Source: an uncultured Myxococcales bacterium (GTDB taxonomy: Bacteria > Myxococcota_A > Polyangia > Fen-1088). From it: a stretch of 64,000 nt of DNA. Made by a program: the position numbers and the translations under genes. The notes under the pieces were generated by a model. That model searched no databases, had not been told where the DNA came from, and saw nothing but the letters and a program-made list of their open reading frames with translations. The DNA lies in contig CAZIOH010000007.1 in the NCBI GenBank assembly GCA_964540815.1, forward strand, positions 43,867 to 107,866, read 5' to 3'. Below are positions 18,817 through 27,111 of this stretch, piece after piece (within the stretch, counting starts at the first letter, position 1; each line of letters opens with the position of its first letter).

Positions 18817-20672
18817 CTCGTGCCTCCGGCGCGGGCGCGCGCGAAATCCGCGAGCAGGATTTGCCTGAACAGGGCCGACGCGGTTCCATCCGACTGACGG
18901 AACGCCGCGCGCAGGGCGTTGACCTCGCAGATGTTGCCGGGAGCAATCGCTTTGCCGATGGCGTAACCGGACATCTTGAGCACGGCGCAATCGGACAGCA
19001 GCCCGATCGTGGCCGGGGCCGCCGCAAACGCCTGCGGTCCGGAAAACGATGCGGGCGCAAGCGGCGAAGGCGGCACGAACGTGACCGACGGGTCGACGCT
19101 TCGGCCAACCTCGTCCGTCGTGGTGAACTTTCCGACCGCGTCGAAGTTCTGCAGCATCCGGCCGTACGGATCGAGCTGCCCGTGGCAATCGGAGCACAGC
19201 GGGCTTGCAAGCCGCGCATCGGACCGCGTCACCTCGCTGTCGCCCGTCGCATCGACCTTCCACGCCTCGGGCGAGGTCAGAAGAACTTCCTGGGGAACGG
19301 GCTCCTGACAGAACACGTTGTCTTGTATCAGCCTGCCGCGATTGATGATGCCGCCCGTGGTGGGATCGGACACCGCCCACAGGAAGGACGGCTGGGTCAA
19401 CATGCCGATGCGTGGCTCCGCCACCGGCCACGTCAAGGCGACGAACGTGGCGGGCAGCGGCTCGGTGAAGGGCAAACCGTAAAGAGTCGCCAGCCGCTGG
19501 TTGACGAACACCTTCTGCGAGGTGAGGAGATCGGTGACCTTGCCGGCGCTCGTCCACAGCACGTCAGCGATGAAGCGCCGGCCCGAGCTCAGCAACTCCC
19601 CCACGATGGCCGTGCTGTCCTGGTCCGCGGTCGCGAGTGGCGACAGCAGCACCTGATCCTTCGCCCCCTTGTTGAGCACGTCGTCCAGCCCGAACCAGGT
19701 GCCGACCAGGTTCGTCAGGTTCGAGCGCGTCGCCGGCAGCGCCAGCAGGCGGTCGAGCTGCGCCAGGATCCCCGCCCTGGTCGCGAGCCCCGCGTCGCCA
19801 GTCGCCGCCGCCGCCGCCAGCAGTTCGGCGTCCGGCGTCGTGCCGAGCAGGAGAAACCCGAGCTGCGTGGCGACCTCGTACGGGGTCAGGGTCGTGTCGG
19901 GATAGGCGCCCGTCACCGCATCCGCCGTCGCCGGGCTCGGCCCGAGCTCGCTCCGATACAAGAACGAGGGCGACAGGATCAACGCCTCGATCATCAAGCC
20001 GATGCCGTGGTCGAAGCCTTGGTTGGCGCCCACGGCGTAGACCTTCAAGAGATCGGTCACCTCGGCATCGGCGAGAGGCCGGCGGAGCGCGAGCAGCCCA
20101 AATGACCGCGCGAAGCGCGTCGCACATGCGTCGTCCGTCTCGCCGGTCATGCACGCGGCGACCTGCGAGACCCTGGGCGCGATCCGGGCGACCACCGACT
20201 CGGCGCCGCCGTAAAGAGCGAAGAGATCCTGGGAGGTGACCAACAGGTCCGGTCCGCCCGTCAAGGACGGGAGGTTGCCATTGGACGCGCTGGTGAGCGC
20301 CGGCGGCGCGGCGCCCAGCAGATCCTGGGTCACGCTCGCAAACTGGTTGTACGACAGGCGCCACAATCGGCGGCCGATGGGGAGCAGCGGCGTGCAGCCG
20401 AGAGTGGTCTCCCCGCCGTCGCCCCCGGCGCTGGTGCCCTGTCCGGCCGCATCCCCCTCCCCGCCGCCGCCACCCACACCGCCGCTGCCCGGAACCGCGG
20501 CGCCACCGCTACCGCCGGTGGCGGAAGAAGCACCGACCGTTCCCGCGGCTCCAGTTCTTCCTCCGACTCCCGCGAGCCCCCCGGTTCCGGGAGCTTGCGC
20601 GCTCCCCGAGCCGCAAGCAGCTGCCAGCAACGAAAGAAGCGGAATGACCGCGCGGCGGGGGGGGGCGAACAT
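18813..20672 (-). CDS. DUF1592/DUF1588-family lipoprotein (partner of DUF1552) with a CxxCH motif
   Basis: Lipobox LLAAAC. Family-typical regions (FLYRSELG, ...PLCSDCHGQLDPYG). 4-nt overlap with the downstream DUF1552 gene. Confidence 0.8.
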   Translation of the reverse strand: MFAPPRRAVIPLLSLLAAACGSGSAQAPGTGGLAGVGGRTGAAGTVGASSATGGSGGAAVPGSGGVGGGGGEGDAAGQGTSAGGDGGETTLGCTPLLPIGRRLWRLSYNQFASVTQDLLGAAPPALTSASNGNLPSLTGGPDLLVTSQDLFALYGGAESVVARIAPRVSQVAACMTGETDDACATRFARSFGLLALRRPLADAEVTDLLKVYAVGANQGFDHGIGLMIEALILSPSFLYRSELGPSPATADAVTGAYPDTTLTPYEVATQLGFLLLGTTPDAELLAAAAATGDAGLATRAGILAQLDRLLALPATRSNLTNLVGTWFGLDDVLNKGAKDQVLLSPLATADQDSTAIVGELLSSGRRFIADVLWTSAGKVTDLLTSQKVFVNQRLATLYGLPFTEPLPATFVALTWPVAEPRIGMLTQPSFLWAVSDPTTGGIINRGRLIQDNVFCQEPVPQEVLLTSPEAWKVDATGDSEVTRSDARLASPLCSDCHGQLDPYGRMLQNFDAVGKFTTTDEVGRSVDPSVTFVPPSPLAPASFSGPQAFAAAPATIGLLSDCAVLKMSGYAIGKAIAPGNICEVNALRAAFRQSDGTASALFRQILLADFARARAGGTR

Positions 20673-20821
20673 CTCCGTTGATGCAACCTTATCTCATTTC
20701 TTTGCGAGCTCGGCTTCGGCCGCGCCCGGGCGCCGCCGCAGCATGGCATTCGGATTGCGGCGCATAGGTCGTCGACGAGCCGTCGCGGCTCCGTGCTTGG
20801 CGGGCGCCGACCAAGGGCGCC

Positions 20822-21627
20822 TTCAACACCCTCGCTGATGCCGACGGGTTTGTCGTGGCCTACGGCAACGGCTTACCACGAGCGACAACTTTTCGGGCCA
20901 GCTCAACTCGGGAGAGTGGCGTTCGGAGTACACCGCGCTCGGCGGGACGGTGGATGAGCTCCCTTACCTTCAGCAGATCGTGAGCGACCTCGTGAACCTT
21001 GGTGTCATCGCCGTCGGAAACGCGGTGTACCTGGTTGGGCAGTCCAACGGCGGAGGGATGGCGCTCAGCGCAGCCTCACGGCAGCCGAATATCTATACCG
21101 GCGTTGCGGCGTGGTGCTTTCACCGCTCGCCGACGGCCGGGCGCGAGGCCTGGGCTTTAGCGATGCTGATATCGCGTCTCCCACGGTCATGCAACTGCCC
21201 GAGGTCGTTCAAGAGGGGCAAGGCCTCGACCGTTGCCGAGGCCGTCCGGATCATTGCCGACGCAGCCGACGCACTCGACTCCGCAGACCTCGAGAACTGG
21301 AGGGCGCCGACGACGATCGGTGTGCGCAAGAGCAACGACGATCGGCCCCACCCGCCGACGTCGGGCATAAAAGGACGGGTCGGTCCGGCCAGCCTCATCG
21401 AGATCGAAGGGCGACCTCCGCTGTGCCGTCAGCGGTGCGAGATGCTCCAGAGCACCATACCCACGCAAACCACGATGCCTCCCAGCAACACGGTACGGGC
21501 GCTGTGCATCAACCTCGTCCGGGCCACCGGTTTGCCGCCCCGCGGGGTTCGGCCGGTCAACACGACGACCACCACGAACACCACGGTCAGAGCCAGCCAG
21601 ACGATTGAATTCATACCGATAAGGTAG
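20822..21627 (+). pseudogene. Esterase (PHB-depolymerase/LpqC-like alpha/beta hydrolase) disrupted by a frameshift
   Basis: Frame 2 from 20822 reads FNTLADADGFVVAYGNGLP. Frame 1 then reads SDNFSGQLNSGEWRSEYTALGGTVDELPYLQQIVSDLVNLGVIAVGNAVYLVGQSNGGGMA (GxSxG). Frames do not join. Confidence 0.45.
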
Positions 21628-21947
21628 TCACGCCCGGGGAACCGTGATGGTCCTGCCCAGGGCCGTCCAACGCTGTGCTTCCGGGCTGCCACCTGTCCTC
21701 GATGCCTCCCTGAGCTTCGAGCTTGGCGGCCGTGCTCAGGAGGCTACCGCTCCGGACACCCAGGAGCACGACGCCCCTCGATCCCTGACGTCGCTGGCCC
21801 CCACCGCTCGCCGGCGAGCTCGGTGCCAGCACGAAGTCGATCGAGGTAGCCGAGGTACACGAAGGAGCGGTTGCGGTGCTTCCCGGTCGTCTCGACCAGA
21901 ACGCCCGCGGGCCACGAGCAGGTCCGCCGCCGAAAGTGATTGATTGA

Positions 21948-22412
21948 CGCGCAAAGACTTCCGGGCTGGTTCCTCACTGTGGTCACCTGGATCCCGAGCG
22001 ATTCGCGGTCTGGGGCGACTCGGCGGGCGGATACATGGCCGCCATGTTGGGCGTCACCGGGGACCAGCGTACGGTGTTCGACGGTCCCCAGCCCCGCTAC
22101 GCCGACGTATCCAGCGCGGTTCAGGCGGCCGTGGTCTGGTTTGGGGCGGAGGACCGTCTACCCGGGCGCGAGCTCAGCATCGCCGGCTATCTGCACGCCG
22201 CCCGAAATCTGCCCGCCTTCATGATCGCCAACGGCGACGCCGACCCGATCATCTCGCCCCGGCAGGCGCGGCGGCTTCATGAGGCCCTGCTTGCGGCAGG
22301 GGCGAGATCCACGCTCGTCATCCTGCCCGGCGCCGGTCACGAGGACCCCACGTTCACCGCGACCCAGATGCTCCCGACCATTTCCTTTCTCAAAGGAACC
22401 TTCGGTCGATAG
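21948..22412 (+). pseudogene. C-terminal fragment of an alpha/beta-hydrolase (esterase/lipase)
   Basis: Frame opens at 21948 directly after a stop. HLDPERFAVWGDSAGGYMAAML nucleophile elbow, then catalytic Asp/His region FMIANGDADPIISP...LPGAGHE. No N-terminal oxyanion-hole part. Confidence 0.5.
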
Positions 22413-22839
22413 TGACGCTCTCGGGGTAGGGGAAGGTGCCCCGGCACCCCTTGCAGAAGCGCACCGGGTCAGCGCTCCGCAATTCGCGACCTGATGAGCT
22501 TGCGCACGAGGGTCGTGGTCAGCGGGTCGGCCGGATCGAAGTGAAGCGAGCCCTTCGTCTGGCCGTAGCCCTCGAGGTCACCGGCCAGGGAGCTGAGAAC
22601 CGACCCGCTGAATGGGAGGTAGGAGCACCCTTTGGCGGTCGCTGAGAACCCAGCTACGGGCTGCCTGGGAAACACGGCCGCCCGCGTGCGCGGCTTGTCC
22701 GCGACTCGCCGGCAAGAGATCGCGGATTTCTTTGCGCGTGCGTCAATGACGGCGGCGGCCCAAGAGCGGCAGGACGTCCACACGTTGTTGATTCACTTCG
22801 CCGACTTTCCTTGAGCGTAGGGAATTCAACCCCGGGGTT

Positions 22840-22975
22840 TCCCATTTCGAGGCTCCGAACAGGACGGCCAAAGTCGGCCGTTTGAAACCGCCAGTTAGGG
22901 TGTCACGGCGACTTTGCCGCGGTTTTTGGCTGAATCCGACCAGGAGGTTGGACCGCTCTGCCGGGCAACCATCCT
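22840..22975. repeat. Dispersed repeat element, copy A (most complete, about 135 bp)
   Basis: Shares ttcga-ggctccgaacagRacggYc...tcggccKtttgaaaccgccRRttag with 36515-36600. Shares gactttgcc...tttggctgaatccgRccaggagRttggaccgNtctgScggg with 42290-42350. Lower GC than surroundings. Confidence 0.5.
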
Positions 22976-23227
22976 GTTGCAGGGGGATGACGAGCTCTCG
23001 CGGGGCACGCTCAGCGAGCTCGTGGCGATGGTAAAGAACTTCTGGATGACGCCGGTCTAAACGGCGAGAACGACTCTACGCCCTCTACCTGGAATCGTCG
23101 TCACCGACTCCCTGGAATCGTCGTCACCGGCTCCAACGGGCTCACAACACCTTGACCATCCGCGTACCTTCTGCCTATCGTGAGTTTCTGGTACGCCGGG
23201 ACACAATGAAGGGATGGGGTGGCTAAC

Positions 23228-24019
23228 ATGAGGACGCGATGTCAGTCTTTGGGTCTCTTCTCCATATTGATTTTTAGTGGATTGGGCACCATAAGCTGCG
23301 CAGGCGACGCAGGGACGGTGGAGGGAGGCGCGGACCCCAGCGTGGGGGCAACGGCAAACGCTCTTCATAGTGGGTGTTCCGCGGGGACAGCATGTCAGCC
23401 GACCAACCCTTGCGAGTTTGGGAAGGTGTCTTGTTTGCGAGGAAGGGCAACCTGTGTCGCGACCGGAAATCTGCCCGCCGGAACTGCGTGCGCAACCGGT
23501 TCTGTATGTGACTCAGGCGGAAGTTGCGTCCCTACTTGTCATGCGGGCAGCGCATGTCGGCCTGGGAATCCCTGTAAGTTTGGGGTGATTTCTTGTTCCA
23601 CGGGGGTTTCGGATTGTGTCGAGGCAGGGAACCTACCAGTCGGAACCGCGTGCGGGACCAATTCGACATGCAACTCAGGCGGCAGCTGCGTCTCTGCTTG
23701 TCATGCAGGCGGCGCATGTCAGCCTGGGAATCCCTGTAAGTTTGGGGTGATTTCTTGTTCCACAGGGGTTTCGGTTTGTGTCGAGGCAGGGAACCTACCG
23801 GTCGGAACCGCGTGCGGGACCAATTCGACATGCAACTCAGGCGGCAGCTGCGTCTCTGCTTGTCATGCAGGCGGCGCATGTCAGCCTGGGAATCCCTGTA
23901 AGTTTGGGGCGATTTCTTGTTCCACAGGGGTTTCGGTTTGTGTCGAGGCAGGGAACCTACCAGTCGGAACCGCGTGCGGGACCAATATGAGCTGTGACGG
24001 TAGCGGGACCTGCCGCTAG
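23228..24019 (+). CDS. Lipoprotein made of four 54-aa cysteine-rich repeats (Myxococcus-type Cys-rich repeat)
   Basis: Signal/lipobox FSGLGTISC. Repeats CHAG(G/S)AC(Q/R)PGNPCKFGVISCSTGVS.CVEAGNLPVGTACGTNSTCNSGGSCVSA x4, six conserved Cys each. Confidence 0.7.
   Translation: MRTRCQSLGLFSILIFSGLGTISCAGDAGTVEGGADPSVGATANALHSGCSAGTACQPTNPCEFGKVSCLRGRATCVATGNLPAGTACATGSVCDSGGSCVPTCHAGSACRPGNPCKFGVISCSTGVSDCVEAGNLPVGTACGTNSTCNSGGSCVSACHAGGACQPGNPCKFGVISCSTGVSVCVEAGNLPVGTACGTNSTCNSGGSCVSACHAGGACQPGNPCKFGAISCSTGVSVCVEAGNLPVGTACGTNMSCDGSGTCR
23375..24019. repeat. 162-bp tandem nucleotide repeat (4 units; units 2-4 near-identical) inside the Cys-rich lipoprotein gene
   Basis: tgtcatgcaggcggcgcatgtcagcctgggaatccctgtaagtttgggg... 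recurs at 23699 and 23861 with near-perfect identity. Confidence 0.8.
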
Positions 24020-24420
24020 CTCGCGGACATGAACTGCGCGCTCGGATCCAGCGGCGCAACCGACGCACGAGGCGAGTGTTCAGCGCCGCAGAGAAGTTGC
24101 GGATCATGAAGAAGGCGGACGCCTGCCTTGCCAGCGGTCAACTCGGGGCGGTGGAAGGAATGCTCCGCGAGGAGGGCATCTTCAGCTCGATGCTGTCGAC
24201 GTGACGAGCGCAGCTGAGCGCGTCCGGGGCCGCTGGCCTCGAGCCGCGAAAGACGGGCCGCAAGCCCAAGCTTGATGCGAAAGACCGCCGCAACGCCGAG
24301 CTCGTCAAGCGCACCGCCGTCCTCGAGCGCAAGCTGCACATCGCCAACGCGATCATCGCACTCCAGAAGAGAGCGGATGTGACAGTCAGCACGCCGTCGC
24401 CGGGTGAGCCGCGCGCCATC
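24004..24420 (+). mobile_element. IS3-family transposase OrfA remnant (HTH plus leucine-zipper part only; in-frame TGA; no OrfB)
   Basis: RRVFSAAEKLRIMKKADACLASGQLGAVEGMLREEGIFSSMLST*RAQLSASGAAGLEPRKTGRKPKLDAKDRRNAELVKRTAVLERKLHIANAIIALQKRA. The Trp codon of the conserved STW(R/K)xQ motif is TGA at 24200-24202. No ATG start. Ends against the convergent kinase gene. Confidence 0.55.
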
Positions 24421-24435
24421 CGGCGGGGGCTTTAC

Positions 24436-25791
24436 TCAACGCGGGGGCGGCGTTCGCTCCGAGCCATCGGCGCGCGCAGCCAGCTTCGCATCCAGCTCGC
24501 GAAACCGATCCGCCAGCGCCATGACGAACTTTCCGAGCCAGGTGTCGCTGCCGAGTCGACCGTGAAAGACCTCGCGCGTGACGACCTTGAGGGTGACCTC
24601 GGTGATCGCTTCGACGGTGGCGGTGCGCACGTCACCCGACAGCACGCCCGTTTCGCCGAACACGGCGCCCGGTTCGAGCGTGCGGAGCGCGCGCTTCTCG
24701 CCGTCGATGGTCTTCGAGACGGCGCAGCGCCCGCGCACGATGATGTACGCGGCGTCCGCAAAGTCGCCTTCGCGGATGATCACGGAGCCGGGGGCGAGGA
24801 CCATGGTCGGCAAATTCCAATCGCTGCGAAGGACCTCGTCGACCGCGTGGTGCAACTCGCGCACGCTGGCGAAGCGATCGGCGGGGTCGAGGGCCATGGC
24901 CTTGCGGACGATGCGCGCGAGGGCGGGCGGCGGCGCAATTGCGGCGGCGACCTCGATATCCTCGCATTCTCTCAGCTTGGCGCGGCTCAAGGCCTGGGTC
25001 ACCGATTTGGCATCGAACGGGGCGCGACCCGCCAGGATGAAATAGAGGACCGCCCCGAGACCAAAAATGTCGGTGCGCTCGCTGACGGCATCGACACGCC
25101 CGGTGGCCTGTTCGGGCGACATGTACGCGGGGGTACCGCGCGTGTTCTTGCGGAACCCCGGCGAGGCCGGCACCTCGACCTCCTGCGACTTCTGCGCCGC
25201 GATCCCCCAGTCCATGAGGTAAACCTCGCCGAACTCCCCCACCATGATGTTCGCGGGTTTGAGGTCGCAGTGAATGACCCCACGGCTGTGGGCAAAAGCC
25301 AGCGCGTCGCACACCTTCAAAAATGCCGCCAGGAGCTCGTGTAGCGAATCCGCCCGCGTCTCGCGCTCGACCTGCTCGGCGACGATCGCCTCGAGCGTCC
25401 GACCGCGAACCAGCTTCATCACGATGTAACCGGTCCTGCGCTCTTCGACTACCAGATCGTGAACCGGCACGATGTTGGGATGGTCGAGCTGCGCCATGAC
25501 CCGCGCCTCCTCGACGAACCGCCGCATGAAATCCGGGTTCTTCACCAGGCGCGGCGCCAGGACCTTCGTCGCCACCGAGCGCCGCAAGTTCGGATCGTAA
25601 GCCCGGTGCACCGACCCGGAGCCGCCCGATCCAATCTCCCCCTCATCCACCAGCCGTTCTTCCACTTGCGGCCGCACGAAGGCAGCGGCGGTCGCGTCGC
25701 GCTCCTCGGGAGGGCCGACCAGGGTCGTCGCCGTATATGCATCGCGCCGCCTGGGCAGCTTCGAAGGGCTCTTCCGCGGGGATTTCTTCAA
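24436..25791 (-). CDS. Ser/Thr protein kinase with C-terminal cyclic-nucleotide-binding (cNMP) domain
   Basis: Kinase subdomains GSGGSGSVHRA...ATKVL, HCDLKPANIM, DWGIA, GTPAYMSPE. C-terminal VIIREGDFADAAYIIVRGRCAV...FGE cNMP-binding fold. Confidence 0.8.
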   Translation of the reverse strand: MKKSPRKSPSKLPRRRDAYTATTLVGPPEERDATAAAFVRPQVEERLVDEGEIGSGGSGSVHRAYDPNLRRSVATKVLAPRLVKNPDFMRRFVEEARVMAQLDHPNIVPVHDLVVEERRTGYIVMKLVRGRTLEAIVAEQVERETRADSLHELLAAFLKVCDALAFAHSRGVIHCDLKPANIMVGEFGEVYLMDWGIAAQKSQEVEVPASPGFRKNTRGTPAYMSPEQATGRVDAVSERTDIFGLGAVLYFILAGRAPFDAKSVTQALSRAKLRECEDIEVAAAIAPPPALARIVRKAMALDPADRFASVRELHHAVDEVLRSDWNLPTMVLAPGSVIIREGDFADAAYIIVRGRCAVSKTIDGEKRALRTLEPGAVFGETGVLSGDVRTATVEAITEVTLKVVTREVFHGRLGSDTWLGKFVMALADRFRELDAKLAARADGSERTPPPR

Positions 25792-26046
25792 TCAAGTGCC
25801 TCGCTCGCGCATCGAATCATCGTAGCATCGCCTCACCACCCTCGCCTCAGGCCCGTCTGAAGCCCAAAGACGGCGCCGGTCTGGGCCTGCGTCACCCTGC
25901 CCAGGTCGCCGTTGCGCGTCTCGGCGCCGGCACCGAGACCCGTGTCCTCGCGAAACTCCGTTTGCGCGAATCGATGGAAGCACGCGAGCCGACGCCGCTC
26001 AGGGACCGCGACGGAACACTGCGCATCGTCGATAGCAGAGCGCAAT

Positions 26047-27111
26047 TCAGTACTCGCGGTTGACCATATAATCGAGGAGTGACCGGATGAAATCGAGGTC
26101 GTGACCCGGCGGGGCATCCGAGTACGCGTTCTCGAACTCTTGACGCGCGCCGTTGGCAAAAGCGTGGGCAGCCTGACGCGCGTACTCGAGGCTTCCGTAG
26201 GATCGCAAGAGTTCGTAGATCCAGGCCACCTCACGCTGGAGTCGCTGTGCTCTCGGCTTTGACAAGAACGTCGTCAGTCGCCGCCGTTCCTGTGCGCTGC
26301 TGGTCCTGAAAAGGTGTGCGAGGATAAGCGTCCGCTTGCCTTCGAACAAATCCCCGCCAATTTCCTTTCCGTAGGTACTTCGGTCGCCGGAGAGGTTCAG
26401 GATGTCGTCTTGAATCTGGAACGCAGTACCGAGAAAATAGCCAAATCGATTGAAGCCATCGAGATCGGTCCGGTCGGGCTCAGCGATGAGGGCGCCAATT
26501 CGCGCAGGATGAATAAAGCTGTACCAACCGGTCTTCTTCAGCACCATGAGCAAGTAGTCTTCTTCGGTGGTATGGCAATCGTTGTCGCGAATCCAACCAA
26601 GCTCCATCGCTTGGCCTTCGATTGTTTCGATCGACATGTGATCGAACTCGTCGAAAACCCTGGTCGCGAGTGAGGGGCCCAAGAGCGAGATATTCTGTCT
26701 CAGCAGCCGAACGCTCATCGCGTTCATCGCGTCGCCCACGTTGAGCGCCACGGGTACGCCGTATTGACGGTGCATCGTGGGACCATTCCGCCGGTATTCG
26801 CTTTCGTCCTCGATGTCGTCATGCACCAAGAAAGAGTTATGCAGAAGCTCGATGGCCGCGGCGGATGGCAGGGCACGCTCCTCGCCGCCTCCGAATGCCC
26901 GGCACGTCGCGAGACACAACGCTGGTCGAATGCCTTTGCCTTCGCGTGAGAGCTGGTCGGTGATCAGATCGTAGAGATGTCTCTTCGGCTCGCGGTCCGG
27001 GATGACGCTCAAGATCAGTGGCGTTACCTTTTGCCGATAGGACGCTAGTTGTCGCTCCAAGGTTCCACGATCGACGGAGAGGTCCGGCATAGCCGCGGCA
27101 TACGACGTCAT
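26047..27111 (-). CDS. Polyprenyl diphosphate synthase (trans-isoprenyl diphosphate synthase, GGPPS/FPPS-like)
   Basis: First and second aspartate-rich motifs FLVHDDIED and FQIQDDILN. ATG overlaps the upstream gene's stop (TGATG at 27109-27113). Confidence 0.85.
   Translation of the reverse strand: MTSYAAAMPDLSVDRGTLERQLASYRQKVTPLILSVIPDREPKRHLYDLITDQLSREGKGIRPALCLATCRAFGGGEERALPSAAAIELLHNSFLVHDDIEDESEYRRNGPTMHRQYGVPVALNVGDAMNAMSVRLLRQNISLLGPSLATRVFDEFDHMSIETIEGQAMELGWIRDNDCHTTEEDYLLMVLKKTGWYSFIHPARIGALIAEPDRTDLDGFNRFGYFLGTAFQIQDDILNLSGDRSTYGKEIGGDLFEGKRTLILAHLFRTSSAQERRRLTTFLSKPRAQRLQREVAWIYELLRSYGSLEYARQAAHAFANGARQEFENAYSDAPPGHDLDFIRSLLDYMVNREY

Noticed and set aside
17233-19557. N-terminal extensions of minus-strand track ORFs: 247 aa before MSAY in 17233..19557, 176 aa before the HTTM domain in 12964..14490, 168 aa before MSASS in 1516..5451
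   Set aside because: The extensions are Arg/His/Gly junk that overlaps neighbouring genes. Internal starts have a Shine-Dalgarno and/or stop-start coupling.
23375-24019. Regular 162-bp repeats, considered as a possible CRISPR-like array
   Set aside because: The period is a multiple of 3. The repeats are in-frame and encode a conserved 6-Cys protein module with no spacer-like unique segments. No cas genes.
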